Below, in pieces: positions 31,562-41,890 of a stretch of DNA of 64,000 bases. Every line of letters starts with the position of its first letter. The stretch's first letter is position 1. The notes below the pieces were generated by a model. The model saw nothing but the letters and a program-made list of their open reading frames with translations, was not told the origin of the DNA and did not search any database. Source of the DNA: an uncultured Methanobrevibacter sp. (GTDB taxonomy: Archaea; Methanobacteriota; Methanobacteria; Methanobacteriales; Methanobacteriaceae); contig CADBPS010000041.1 of assembly GCA_902796575.1 (NCBI GenBank), forward strand, positions 5,926 to 69,925, given 5' to 3'. The position numbers and the translations under genes are program-made.

Positions 31562-33052
31562 ATGACTAAAATTGGACTTGCCTATGTAAAAGGTTCTGTT
31601 CCAGGATTTGAACACTTTGGAAATTTACCAACAGATATCGTTAAAGAAAACGGATTGGTTAATGGTAATAAAGCATCAGAAGAATTGGATGCACTTATAA
31701 TTCCGGGCGGAACTTTAATCGAATCAAATGACATTAACATGGGTTTAAACACAGAAATAAAAAAGATGGCAAAGGATAATAAGCCGATAATTGGAATATG
31801 TGCAGGTTTTCAGCTGCTGTCAAATCAGATAGATATTGGTCGTAAATCTGAAGTTCCAATAATAAAAAAAGGTTTGGAACTGATAGATGTTGAATTTTCA
31901 CCATTAATAACCAGCGATAAAGTAAAGGCAAAAGTAATAGACAATTCATTCATAACAAAAAATCAAAATGAAGACATAACTGGTTTTCATACCCATACTT
32001 ACGGAAAAGTAACAGGGGATGCAAAGAAATTATTCTACTCGAAAGTCCAGAGAATGAATTATAAAAATACCAATGAAGAAAATGAATACAATATATTATC
32101 CGGAGCATGCAATGATGATGGAAATGTAATCGGAACAATGATTCATAATATACTTGATGAAAATCCTGTAATAAAACAGAATTTAATAGATCGAATAGAT
32201 GCAAAAGATATTGATGAAATATACAATAGAAACAGAGAAGTTAAAAAGTATATTAGAAGCGAGGTCGGAATAAATACTAATATGAAAATACCTCAAATCA
32301 AGGGGAACGACAAACCTAAATTCCTGATGATAGGAAGTAACGGCTCGGATTCAGGAAAAACATTCATATTAACCGGATTAGCTGGAGCACTAACAAAAAG
32401 AGGATATAAAGTAGGACTTTTAAAAGTAGGTCCTGATGTCCGTGATATAATTCCCGGATTATACTTGACAAAAGGACTGATGGAAGAATATGCTTCAGTA
32501 AAGATCGGACACCTGGGATGGAATGATATTGAATCTACAATAGATAAACTGAATGCATCAGACTATGATATTGTTTTGATTGAAGGAGTGATGAGTGTAT
32601 TTACAGGACTTTTAAACGAAAAAGTACCTTTTTCAGCAGCTGAAATTGCAGCATCATCAAATATTCCAATGCTTTTGTTATCAGGAGTAAATAAAGGAGG
32701 AATAGAATCCGCAGCTATTGATTTGGTTGCACATGCAAATATGCTGGAAAAATTCAATATTGATGTAAAGGGAATTCTACTGAATAAAGTATACAATAAA
32801 AATATATTCGACAATATAATTCCATATGTCAAAAACAATACCAATGTAGAGAAAGTGCTGAAAGTAGAAAAATTAAATCTGAAAAAAAGAGGTTTTACAC
32901 CTGAAATTGAAATAAGATATGATTTATTCACAAAAGAAGCACTTAATCTGGTTGAAAAATCATTGAATATTGATGATATAATAGATATGACAGAAGAAGT
33001 AAAATTCAATCGTATGTTAAACTTTGATGAAATAAAAGAAAAGGTGATATAA
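31562..33052 (+). CDS. CobQ/CobB-related protein with N-terminal glutamine amidotransferase and C-terminal P-loop domain
   Basis: IIPGG..GICAGFQ (GATase) precedes GSDSGKT..KVGPD..IEGVM (CbiA-like). Confidence 0.75.
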   Translation: MTKIGLAYVKGSVPGFEHFGNLPTDIVKENGLVNGNKASEELDALIIPGGTLIESNDINMGLNTEIKKMAKDNKPIIGICAGFQLLSNQIDIGRKSEVPIIKKGLELIDVEFSPLITSDKVKAKVIDNSFITKNQNEDITGFHTHTYGKVTGDAKKLFYSKVQRMNYKNTNEENEYNILSGACNDDGNVIGTMIHNILDENPVIKQNLIDRIDAKDIDEIYNRNREVKKYIRSEVGINTNMKIPQIKGNDKPKFLMIGSNGSDSGKTFILTGLAGALTKRGYKVGLLKVGPDVRDIIPGLYLTKGLMEEYASVKIGHLGWNDIESTIDKLNASDYDIVLIEGVMSVFTGLLNEKVPFSAAEIAASSNIPMLLLSGVNKGGIESAAIDLVAHANMLEKFNIDVKGILLNKVYNKNIFDNIIPYVKNNTNVEKVLKVEKLNLKKRGFTPEIEIRYDLFTKEALNLVEKSLNIDDIIDMTEEVKFNRMLNFDEIKEKVI

Positions 33053-33477
33053 TGGCACTTAATTTAAGCCCGGAACAAGGAGTTAAACTTACAAAAAAAG
33101 ATCGTGGAGTAGTTGCCCGTAAAATAAAACATGGATGGAAAGCAAACTGTCTGATTCCTGATTACGTATTTGACGAAAATGGAGATATTCAAATTAATTC
33201 AGATAAAAACAGACGGGTAGTTAAAATTGTCAAAATATTGGATGACGGAATCCATATTGAAAATGCTTTAAAAAGTAAAACCCTTAGAATTACATGGGAT
33301 AAAATCTCCGGAGTAGAACCAACCAAAGAAGTACGTGACGGGTTAAAAATAGGAATGCATGACGGTAAATATGTTGCATTCAGCGTTTACAACTCATACA
33401 AAATACAGCAGATAACAGAATACATTTTCAACTATATACAGAACAAAAGAATGGACAATACAAATATGTATAATTAA
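33052..33477 (+). CDS. Hypothetical protein (possible PH-like fold)
   Basis: Start overlaps the upstream stop; beta-rich 'DDGIHI..ITWDKI' pattern. Confidence 0.55.
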   Translation: MALNLSPEQGVKLTKKDRGVVARKIKHGWKANCLIPDYVFDENGDIQINSDKNRRVVKIVKILDDGIHIENALKSKTLRITWDKISGVEPTKEVRDGLKIGMHDGKYVAFSVYNSYKIQQITEYIFNYIQNKRMDNTNMYN

Positions 33478-33550
33478 TCTACAATAGATTTTTTTAACAG
33501 ATACTTGTAGACAAAAAAGGTTCATCTTATGGTCAAGTAGAAAAAAATAT

Positions 33551-34237
33551 TTAGAATTCATCTAAATATTTTTTAATAATATCATTTCCTCTAAGTAAAA
33601 CAAGGTCATGCTTTCGGGCATATTCCTCAGCATCATCAAATGAAGTTGCCTGACCTGTTTCGCCGTCCATCATCTCACAAACAACACAGACAGGAGTGAC
33701 ACCAGCCATTTCACACATGGCAAGTCCGATTTCTGTATGACCCCTTCTGTTTTTGACAGTATCAACAGCACCTCTTAAAAGACAAACGTGACCAGGTGAC
33801 CTGAAAGTTTTACCAAATTCATCAAATCTTTCATCTCTGAATAATTTAGCCATTTCACTTATAGTCATTGCCCTGTCATGGTCTGTTACACCAGTGAATG
33901 AGTTTCTATGATTAACCCAAATTGAAAATGAGGATCTTTCATCATATGGGATATCATTAGGTGCAAGTTCAGCTAAGTCAGGAAATTTTTCACATGCAGC
34001 TTCCATAATTTCTGTCATAAAAGGCAAATTAATCTTATCACAGAATTTGGAACTGATACAATTACAAATTAATCCTCCAGCATCATTTCTCATAGTAGCT
34101 ATTGACTGAGGAGTTACAAATTCGGAAGCGATAATCATATCAATTTCCCCTTCCCTGTCATCATTGTCGTAGACCAAAATAAACTTACCTTGCCTTAAAG
34201 CTTCAAAACCTTTTTCCAAATCTGATTTTTGATTCAT
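33551..34237 (-). CDS. ribB: 3,4-dihydroxy-2-butanone 4-phosphate synthase
   Basis: DDREGEID, GGLIC, TGVTDHDRA, FRSPGHV, RRGHTE, VCEM. Confidence 0.95.
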   Translation of the reverse strand: MNQKSDLEKGFEALRQGKFILVYDNDDREGEIDMIIASEFVTPQSIATMRNDAGGLICNCISSKFCDKINLPFMTEIMEAACEKFPDLAELAPNDIPYDERSSFSIWVNHRNSFTGVTDHDRAMTISEMAKLFRDERFDEFGKTFRSPGHVCLLRGAVDTVKNRRGHTEIGLAMCEMAGVTPVCVVCEMMDGETGQATSFDDAEEYARKHDLVLLRGNDIIKKYLDEF

Positions 34238-34287
34238 AGTAATATCTCCTTATATACTAGAACCAGGGCATAAAAAAATAATCTAAT

Positions 34288-34410
34288 TATTCTCTTCCAT
34301 CCGGACTGTCACCGTCGGTTTTGGAATCTCACCAAATCAACACCATTGTGCTCGTGGACTTATATTAAAATCACCACCGGTGGAGAATTTCACTCCGCCC
34401 TGAGAACATA
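34288..34410 (-). ncRNA. FMN riboswitch (RFN element) upstream of ribB
   Basis: Minus strand reads UUCUCAGGGCGGAGUGAAAUUCUCCACCGGUGGU...AGUCCACGAGC...GAUUUGGUGAGAUUCCAAAACCGACGGUGACAGUCCGGAUGGAAGAGAA, containing all RFN consensus blocks. Confidence 0.95.
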
Positions 34411-34466
34411 TAACTAGAATTTATTGACTTATATAAATATACTTTATGGTGGGAAAAAAAAATAAT

Positions 34467-34841
34467 CTAAAATTCTACCAAAACAGTATCACCGTCATTG
34501 AGATTTAAATAATCTCTTAGTTTCATTTCAGCTATAAATTCTAAATAATTATCAGAATGCTGTGATTTAGCAGGAAATACAATAGCACCATTTATTTCAT
34601 CATTTAAAATAGCATGTATATATTTAACAGCTCCAAAATCATTATCTGGTTTAATGATGTCAGTGCAGTCTTCTTTAATCCTGTTGATCCTGTCTAAATA
34701 ATCATCCTCGATTACAATATTCAAAGTTCCGGGGTATGGCATAAAACCGCATCTTTTCAAAAAATTATCCTTGTAAAAATCCTGAGATAAAAAGAATGAA
34801 GCTTTACCTAAACCGGATGTCACTTTTCCACTAAGTTTCAT
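34467..34841 (-). CDS. ribK: CTP-dependent riboflavin kinase (archaeal)
   Basis: GKVTSGLGKA.FF, PYPGTLN, LEFIA..KLR..LNL.DGD. Confidence 0.92.
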   Translation of the reverse strand: MKLSGKVTSGLGKASFFLSQDFYKDNFLKRCGFMPYPGTLNIVIEDDYLDRINRIKEDCTDIIKPDNDFGAVKYIHAILNDEINGAIVFPAKSQHSDNYLEFIAEMKLRDYLNLNDGDTVLVEF

Positions 34842-34935
34842 TTATCAACCTCTCAATAATTGTATATAATTTAACATATTTATATTAACCATCAAACTAA
34901 AAATAATAATGATTGAATTACAAAGGGTATTAAAA

Positions 34936-36579
34936 ATGGAAGTTAAGGAAATTTCAACTGATGTATTAATTGTAGGGTCAGGTGGAGCAGGTTCAAGAGC
35001 AGCCATTGAAGTTGACAATAATGGATTAAAAGCAACAATAGTATCAAAAGGCTTGTCCTTTAGATCAGGTTGTACCGGAATGGCTGAAGGAGGATATAAT
35101 GCTGTTTTTAAAGCAGTAGATGAAGAAGATTCGATAGAAACACATATTAACGATACTTTAAAAGGAGGCAGTTATCTTAATGACAAAGAATTGGTTGAAA
35201 TTCTGGTAAACGAATCACCAAAAAGATTAATAGACTTGGAAAACTACGGAGCACTATTTGATCGCCAGGAAAATGGTGAAATTGCACAAAGAGCTTTTGG
35301 TGGTCAGACTTATAGAAGAACTTGTTTTCAGGGAGACCGTACGGGGGCTGAGCTTTTAAATGCTCTTAAAGAAGAAATTATAAAAAGAGATATTGAATGT
35401 ATTGAAGAAGTGATGATAACCTCATTAATACAGGATGGCCTTCAAGTAATCGGTGCAACAGGATTTGATTTGAAGGATTCAAGTTTAATTTATTTTAAGG
35501 CAAAAGCCGTCATATTAGCCAGTGGCGGAGCCGGTCAGTTATACCCTGTAACATCAAATACTTTCCAAAAAAATGGTGACGGATTTGCAATAGCTTATAG
35601 GGCAGGTGCAAATCTTGTTGACATGGAACAGGTTCAATTCCACCCGACAGGAATGGTAAAACCTGAATCCAAAAAAGGGGTTCTTGTAACAGAAGCAGTC
35701 AGAGGAGAAGGTGGAATTCTGCTGAATAAAGATGGTGAACGCTTCATGAAAAAATATTCACCTGAAAAAATGGAATTGTCAACACGTGATGTTGTAGCCA
35801 GATCAATTTATCAGGAAATTCTTGAAGGAAGAGGGAGTGAAAACGGTGGAGTTTATCTTGATATATCACACATTGATGATGATATTATCAATGAAAAACT
35901 GGAAACAATGGTTTTGCAGTTCGAAAATGTTGGTGTTGACATTAAAAATGAGGCAATAGAAGTTGCTCCAACAGCACATCACTTTATGGGTGGAATTAAA
36001 ATAAATTCTGATGCATCAACCTCACTTCCAAATTTATTTGCATGCGGTGAAGTATGTGGTGGAGTCCATGGAGCAAACCGTTTAGGTGGAAACGCTTTGG
36101 CCGATACACAGGTATATGGAAAAATTGCAGGTGAAACAGCATCAAAAATAGCTAAAAATACTGAACACAAAACAAACAATGAAATGTTTAATAAGGAAAA
36201 AGAAAGAATCGAAAATCTAATTAAGCCGGGAACAATAAAAGCTTTGGAATTTAAGGAAAATATTAAACAGTTAATGTGGGAAAAAGTAGCTATTATTCGT
36301 GAAGAAAAAGTGCTGAATGAAGCTTTAAAAGAACTTTATGAAATGCAGAAAGACCTGGATAAATTGGATGTTGATTATAAAAAACAATACAATAGTGAAT
36401 TATTAACAGCTCTTGAAGTAATTAATATGGTTGAAATCTGTATTTTAATTGTTAAATCAGCAATACTTCGTCGTGAAAGTAGAGGAGCCCATTATAGAAG
36501 CGATTTTCCTGAAAGCACTGATTCATGGAAACGCAGCATTATATTAAATAAAAATAAAATAAAATTTGAAGATAGATAA
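34936..36579 (+). CDS. tfrA: Thiol:fumarate reductase flavoprotein subunit A
   Basis: GSGGAG, MAEGGYNA, QFHPTG, TEAVRGEGG, HGANRLGGN, ESRGAH; methanogen context. Confidence 0.88.
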   Translation: MEVKEISTDVLIVGSGGAGSRAAIEVDNNGLKATIVSKGLSFRSGCTGMAEGGYNAVFKAVDEEDSIETHINDTLKGGSYLNDKELVEILVNESPKRLIDLENYGALFDRQENGEIAQRAFGGQTYRRTCFQGDRTGAELLNALKEEIIKRDIECIEEVMITSLIQDGLQVIGATGFDLKDSSLIYFKAKAVILASGGAGQLYPVTSNTFQKNGDGFAIAYRAGANLVDMEQVQFHPTGMVKPESKKGVLVTEAVRGEGGILLNKDGERFMKKYSPEKMELSTRDVVARSIYQEILEGRGSENGGVYLDISHIDDDIINEKLETMVLQFENVGVDIKNEAIEVAPTAHHFMGGIKINSDASTSLPNLFACGEVCGGVHGANRLGGNALADTQVYGKIAGETASKIAKNTEHKTNNEMFNKEKERIENLIKPGTIKALEFKENIKQLMWEKVAIIREEKVLNEALKELYEMQKDLDKLDVDYKKQYNSELLTALEVINMVEICILIVKSAILRRESRGAHYRSDFPESTDSWKRSIILNKNKIKFEDR

Positions 36580-36604
36580 TTTTCAAAAATTAAATGAAAG
36601 AAGA

Positions 36605-37912
36605 TTAAAGAGCATTTTTAAGCTCTTTTATAGCTTCTCTTGCTTTTTCATAAATTTCTTCTTCATCCAATGTGATTAATTTTCTATTTTCCATTAATAT
36701 TTGACCATTACATATTGTTGTATCCACATTGGAACCGTTGGCAGAATATATAATATTTGAACTTAAGTTTGAACTGTCAGGAACCATATTTGCATTGTTA
36801 GTATCAATTAAAATTAAATCGGCTTTTTTACCGACTTCGATAGTTCCAATTTCATCATCCAAAGCTAATGCCTGTGCACCATTAATAGTTCCCATTTTTA
36901 ATGCTTCATCTGAAGTAACTGCCTTAGGATCGAGAGTTGAAACCTTTTGAAGCAGACTTGCTGTTTTCAGTTCCTCAATCAAGTCGAGGTTATTGTTTGA
37001 TGATGCTCCGTCAGTTCCTATCGCAACACATATATCATTTTCCAGTAATTTTGAAACCGGTGCAATTCCTGAAGCTAATTTCATGTTACTGCATGGATTA
37101 TGGGATATCTTAACATTATTCTTTTTGATAATTTCTATTTCATTATCATTCAACCATACACTGTGAGCACATACAACATCCGGTCCTAAAAATCCTATTG
37201 AATCCAAATATTCAAATGGTCTTAGTCCTTTTTGTGATGTAACATCTTCTATTTCCTTTTGAGTTTCACTTACATGAATATGAATTCCGATATTGCACTC
37301 ATCAGCAAGTTTTCTAACTTCTTTTAATAATTCTTCAGATGCAGTATATGGAGAATGAGGTCCGAAAAATACATTAATTCTTCCGTCAGCAGCATTATTA
37401 CAGTTCTGAAGTAATTTTAGATTTTCTTCAATTTCAGATTTTCTTCTTTCTTCGTCACCAAAATCAATCATTCCGTATGAAAGTACTGCTCTTAGTCCTG
37501 ATTCATCAACAGCCCTTGCAACATCTTCCATGTAAAAATACATGTCTGAAAATGTTGTTGTTCCGGATTTTATTAATTCAATGGCACCAAGCAGAGCACC
37601 AATATAACAATAATCTCCATTCAAATTTGCTTCGACAGGCCATATATTATCATTCAGCCATTCATCCAAACTTAAATCATCAGCCAATCCTCTGAATAAT
37701 GTCATTGATAAATGGGTGTGAGTGTTTACAAGACCTGGTAACAGAATTTTTCCTGCTGCATCAATTATTTTATCGGCATTTTCATGAATTATTTCTTCAG
37801 ATATTTCTGCAATTTTATCATTTTTTATTAAAATATCCCGTTTTTCATCAGTAAAATCATTATCAGGATTTAAAATTAAAGCATTTTTAATCAAAATAAG
37901 ATTATCTGGCAT
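36605..37912 (-). CDS. Amidohydrolase, 5'-deoxyadenosine/MTA/SAH deaminase type
   Basis: NTHTH, HVSET, SNMKLASG, GTDGASSNN. Confidence 0.85.
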   Translation of the reverse strand: MPDNLILIKNALILNPDNDFTDEKRDILIKNDKIAEISEEIIHENADKIIDAAGKILLPGLVNTHTHLSMTLFRGLADDLSLDEWLNDNIWPVEANLNGDYCYIGALLGAIELIKSGTTTFSDMYFYMEDVARAVDESGLRAVLSYGMIDFGDEERRKSEIEENLKLLQNCNNAADGRINVFFGPHSPYTASEELLKEVRKLADECNIGIHIHVSETQKEIEDVTSQKGLRPFEYLDSIGFLGPDVVCAHSVWLNDNEIEIIKKNNVKISHNPCSNMKLASGIAPVSKLLENDICVAIGTDGASSNNNLDLIEELKTASLLQKVSTLDPKAVTSDEALKMGTINGAQALALDDEIGTIEVGKKADLILIDTNNANMVPDSSNLSSNIIYSANGSNVDTTICNGQILMENRKLITLDEEEIYEKAREAIKELKNAL

Positions 37913-37947
37913 TATAACACCTTTAAAAAAAAGTAATTAAACTTAAT

Positions 37948-38160
37948 TTATAAGTTTAATTCATCAACAGCTAACTTAATATCTTCAGCTTTGACAGTTT
38001 TACGTTTAGCTAACTTAGCAGCATCATTTGCTTTAATAGATATTTTACGTGCAATTTCTTCTAATGAATTAGCTAATTCAACTTTAGCATCTTCACTTAT
38101 TCTTTCTACACCAGAATCTTTCATAATTCTAGCAATAGGAGCTTTTGGGATTTCGGACAT
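37948..38160 (-). CDS. Archaeal histone paralog (HMf family variant)
   Basis: EIPKAPIARIMK..G.ERISEDA, RKTVKAEDIKLA. Confidence 0.92.
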   Translation of the reverse strand: MSEIPKAPIARIMKDSGVERISEDAKVELANSLEEIARKISIKANDAAKLAKRKTVKAEDIKLAVDELNL

Positions 38161-38418
38161 ATTATCACCTCATCAAATTGAATAAAAAATAACTTATGAT
38201 AAAATCATTCTGAACGTTAATTTAACAGTTTCAATGCTGTTCAGGTAATCGTATACAATTATCAGTTAAATCAAGTGCAAAACAATTAAAATATAAAATA
38301 AATCATAAGTTATCTAATCATATGTTAATTATTCTTATTTAAAGATTGGTATTTTTAATGATATGTTAAAAGTAAATTATTAATTGAAGTAATACCAAAA
38401 AATAGAATTGGTGTCGAA

Positions 38419-39279
38419 ATGAAATTGAAAATTGCAATCCCGTCAAAAGGAAGAATAAGTAATCCTTCAATTGAAATCCTAAAAAAAGCAGGGTTAGGTC
38501 TTAGAGATAATAATAACAGACAGCTGATTTCAAAAACATATAACGATAACATTGATATTATGTTTGCAAGAGCTTCAGACATACCGGAATTTGTATCTGA
38601 TGGAATTGTTGATATGGGAATTACAGGTATTGACCTGATTAAAGAAAGTAACAGTGATGTTGTAGAATTACTGGATTTAAATTTTGGAAAAACCAAACTC
38701 GTTTTAGCTTCACCTGAAGAATCAGAAATAAATTCTATAGAAGATTTAACGTCTGAAATGATAATAGCTACTGAATTTCCAAATTTAACAAAAAACTATT
38801 TGAAAGAACATAATTTAGAACCAAAAATTGTTAAATTAAGTGGATCAACAGAGATTGCACCTTTTATTGGTGTTTCTGATTTGATTGCTGATTTAACAAG
38901 TACTGGAACTACCCTGAAAATGAACCACTTAAAAATAATTGAAACAATATTGGAAAGCAGTATTGTATTAATCACCAATGAAGAATCTAATAAAAATAAA
39001 AAAACTTTAATTGAAGCTGTTAGCAGAAGCATTAAGGGAGTAATTGATGCTTTTGGAAAAAAACTTATAATGATGAATGTTAAAGTCGAAGATTTAGAAG
39101 AGGTAGAAAAACTGATGCCTTCAATGGATGGACCAACAATATCAGAAGTATTGTCAAATGAAAAAACTGTTGCAATTCAGGCAGTGGTTGATGAAAATCA
39201 GGTTTTTGAACTTGTAAATGATTTGAGAAATGCAGGAGCTAAAGACATTCTTGTAGTTCCAATTGAAAGAATAATTTAA
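38419..39279 (+). CDS. hisG: ATP phosphoribosyltransferase (long form)
   Basis: IAIPSKGR, RASDIP, GSTEIAP, STGTTL, C-terminal regulatory domain. Confidence 0.96.
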   Translation: MKLKIAIPSKGRISNPSIEILKKAGLGLRDNNNRQLISKTYNDNIDIMFARASDIPEFVSDGIVDMGITGIDLIKESNSDVVELLDLNFGKTKLVLASPEESEINSIEDLTSEMIIATEFPNLTKNYLKEHNLEPKIVKLSGSTEIAPFIGVSDLIADLTSTGTTLKMNHLKIIETILESSIVLITNEESNKNKKTLIEAVSRSIKGVIDAFGKKLIMMNVKVEDLEEVEKLMPSMDGPTISEVLSNEKTVAIQAVVDENQVFELVNDLRNAGAKDILVVPIERII

Positions 39280-39287
39280 AAAGCTAA

Positions 39288-40232
39288 ATGGCACAGGTGA
39301 TTAAAATTTTCAAGTTAAAAAATATAATCTCAATAAAAGACTTTGAAAGAGAAGATATTGATTATATTCTGGACGAAGCTTCAAAATTAGAGAATATTGC
39401 TCTATCTAAGGAAATTTCAGAAGAATTAAAAGGAAAAATATTAGGAATGATGTTTTTTGAACCATCTACAAGAACAAGATTATCATTTGAAACAGCAATG
39501 AAGCGTTTAAGCGGTAAATGCATTGGTTTTGAGGACAGTGTCTCTTCAAGTGTATCAAAAGGTGAAAGTATTGCTGATACGGCGAAAATGTTTGAAGGAT
39601 ATAGTGATGCATTAGTGATAAGACATGAATTGGAAGGTGTATCAAAATTTATATCAGATATAGTTAATGTTCCTGTTATTAATGCCGGTGATGGAGCTGG
39701 TCAGCATCCAACTCAAACATTACTTGATTTATACACTATAAAAAAAGAATTAAAATCTATTGATAATATTAAAATTGCATTAATAGGAGATTTAAAATTT
39801 GGACGTACAGTACATTCCCTGGCAAATGCCCTGACATTATATGACAATATTGAACTTTATCTGGTTTCACCTCCTGAATTAAAGATGCCACAGGAAATAC
39901 TTCATGATCTGGATAAAAAAGAAATGTCATATACTGAAGTTTCAAATATTAATGAAATAATCGATAAGGTTGATGTATTATATGTTACCCGAATTCAAAA
40001 AGAACGCTTTGGAGATATTAATGATTATTTAAAAATAAAAGGAGCATATGTTATTAATAAAAAAATGCTGGAAGGTAGGAAATTGATAGTAATGCACCCA
40101 CTGCCTAGAATTGATGAAATAGATACCGATGTCGATGACACAAAATACAACAAATATTTCACTCAGGCAGCCAATGCAGTACCTGTCAGAATGGCTATCT
40201 TAAAAACATTAATTAACAATAATCCTAAATAG
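39288..40232 (+). CDS. pyrB: Aspartate carbamoyltransferase catalytic subunit
   Basis: [27 protein letters not shown]. Confidence 0.97.
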   Translation: MAQVIKIFKLKNIISIKDFEREDIDYILDEASKLENIALSKEISEELKGKILGMMFFEPSTRTRLSFETAMKRLSGKCIGFEDSVSSSVSKGESIADTAKMFEGYSDALVIRHELEGVSKFISDIVNVPVINAGDGAGQHPTQTLLDLYTIKKELKSIDNIKIALIGDLKFGRTVHSLANALTLYDNIELYLVSPPELKMPQEILHDLDKKEMSYTEVSNINEIIDKVDVLYVTRIQKERFGDINDYLKIKGAYVINKKMLEGRKLIVMHPLPRIDEIDTDVDDTKYNKYFTQAANAVPVRMAILKTLINNNPK

Positions 40233-41394
40233 ACTGCAGGAGTGTTGATTCCAATAAATCTTCATCACATTGCAGTTTGATTATATTGGTTCTTCCTTTT
40301 CCGCGTCCGCGTGAAATTGTGTTTGTTGAAATTATTCCAAGCAGTTCCAAATCATTAATGAAATCAAAAATACGCCTGTATGTGACAGCATCTTTTTTGG
40401 ATACATCTGTGTATGCTTCATAAAGTTTACCGGAAGTTATTTCTTCTTTTTTATTTGTTAAATTTAAAATAGCTTCAAGAAGCCTTAACTGTTGAATCGG
40501 CAGAGATTTAATAACATCAACAAATTTATTGTGTTCTATTCTGTCTTTTGCCAATCTTACATGTTCACTTTTTAAAGTTTCTGAACCTTGCTCTTCGGCA
40601 ATATCTCCTGATGTTCGCAGTAAATCAAGTGCAAATCTGGCATCTCCTTCTTCTTTAGCAGCCATTGCAGAACATAATGGTATTACATCACTTTCAACTA
40701 CACCTTCATTAAAAGCCAGTTTTGCCCTTTCATTTAAAATATCAGTTAACTGGTTTGCACCATAGGGTGGAAATACTATTTCCTTATCATTCAGGCTGCT
40801 TGTAACTCTGGATTTAATCAATGCTTTAAAATCCAGGAAATTACTGATTGATAAGACAGATACATTATCAGTTCTTGTTAAAGTATATAAAATTCCATCT
40901 CCATCTTTATTAAGCAATATATCAATCTCATCTAAAATTACGATTAAAATCAATTTTTTTCCATGGATGTTAGTTCTGAAAATGTCTCTGAATGTATTTA
41001 TAACTTCAGCTTTGGTCCAGCCTCTATATGGAACATCACGGCCTAATTTCTGACATAAATGAGCAATAACCTGATATTCTGTTGAATAATCTGTGCATCT
41101 GACATATTCTATTTTGATAAAAACATTCTGATCAGCTGAATATTCAAGAAGCTGTGATCTGGCAAATTTTGCAGAAGCAGTCTTTCCTGTACCAGTTTTT
41201 CCATAAATAGTTATGTTTGAAGGAGTAACATCGTTCAATGCATCAACCCAATATCTAGCTATTTGAGTAACCTGATCTTCTCTATGTAATAGTCTTTTTG
41301 GCAAAAATAAATGTTTTAAAGAATTTTTATCCTTAAATATAAAATTATTTTTTTGTACTGTTTCAAAAATATTAATTTCCCCGTCCTTAGTCAT
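40225..41394 (-). CDS. cdc6: Orc1/Cdc6 replication initiator
   Basis: [26 protein letters not shown], winged helix SRGRGKGRT. Confidence 0.96.
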   Translation of the reverse strand: MTKDGEINIFETVQKNNFIFKDKNSLKHLFLPKRLLHREDQVTQIARYWVDALNDVTPSNITIYGKTGTGKTASAKFARSQLLEYSADQNVFIKIEYVRCTDYSTEYQVIAHLCQKLGRDVPYRGWTKAEVINTFRDIFRTNIHGKKLILIVILDEIDILLNKDGDGILYTLTRTDNVSVLSISNFLDFKALIKSRVTSSLNDKEIVFPPYGANQLTDILNERAKLAFNEGVVESDVIPLCSAMAAKEEGDARFALDLLRTSGDIAEEQGSETLKSEHVRLAKDRIEHNKFVDVIKSLPIQQLRLLEAILNLTNKKEEITSGKLYEAYTDVSKKDAVTYRRIFDFINDLELLGIISTNTISRGRGKGRTNIIKLQCDEDLLESTLLQSI

Positions 41395-41419
41395 ACTGCC
41401 ACCATCTGCTACAAGTAGT

Positions 41420-41890
41420 ATTTCAAGTGTTAATATATTATTTGTAATTTTAAATAAAGTTTTTCATTAAAAGTAAAATAATTAAAAAAAGTTTATAATA
41501 AAAAATAAGAAATTAAAATCATTATTTAAGATTAATTAAAAAATAAAATAAAATTATTAGGAATATAAACATAAAACAATATTAATATTAAAAATTAATG
41601 ATTTTAGATTAAATTAAAAAAGAAATGCAAAAAGAGAGAGAGGTGTATTTCAAGTGTATTGAAAAATTTCAAGGGAAAGTAAAATCAAGACAACAATTTC
41701 AAGTGTAACTTTAAAAAAAATTCTGATTAAAAAGTGTTAAAACAAAAATAAAGAAATTAGAATCATTTAAAATGAATTTTAAAGATGAAAAAAATAGATG
41801 GTTTTCAAGTGTATTTTACAGTTGAAATATACCTCTTCGTTCAGAATATATCTCCGTAAGTGTTACACTTGAAATGGACCTCTGTCTCTC
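41420..41890. other. Chromosomal replication origin (oriC): ORB/mini-ORB cluster with AT-rich unwinding region
   Basis: TTACA(C/G)TTGAAAT-type boxes at 41420, 41647, 41696 and 41802 (reverse) and 41816 and 41863 (forward); extended inverted ORBs; directly upstream of cdc6. Confidence 0.9.
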
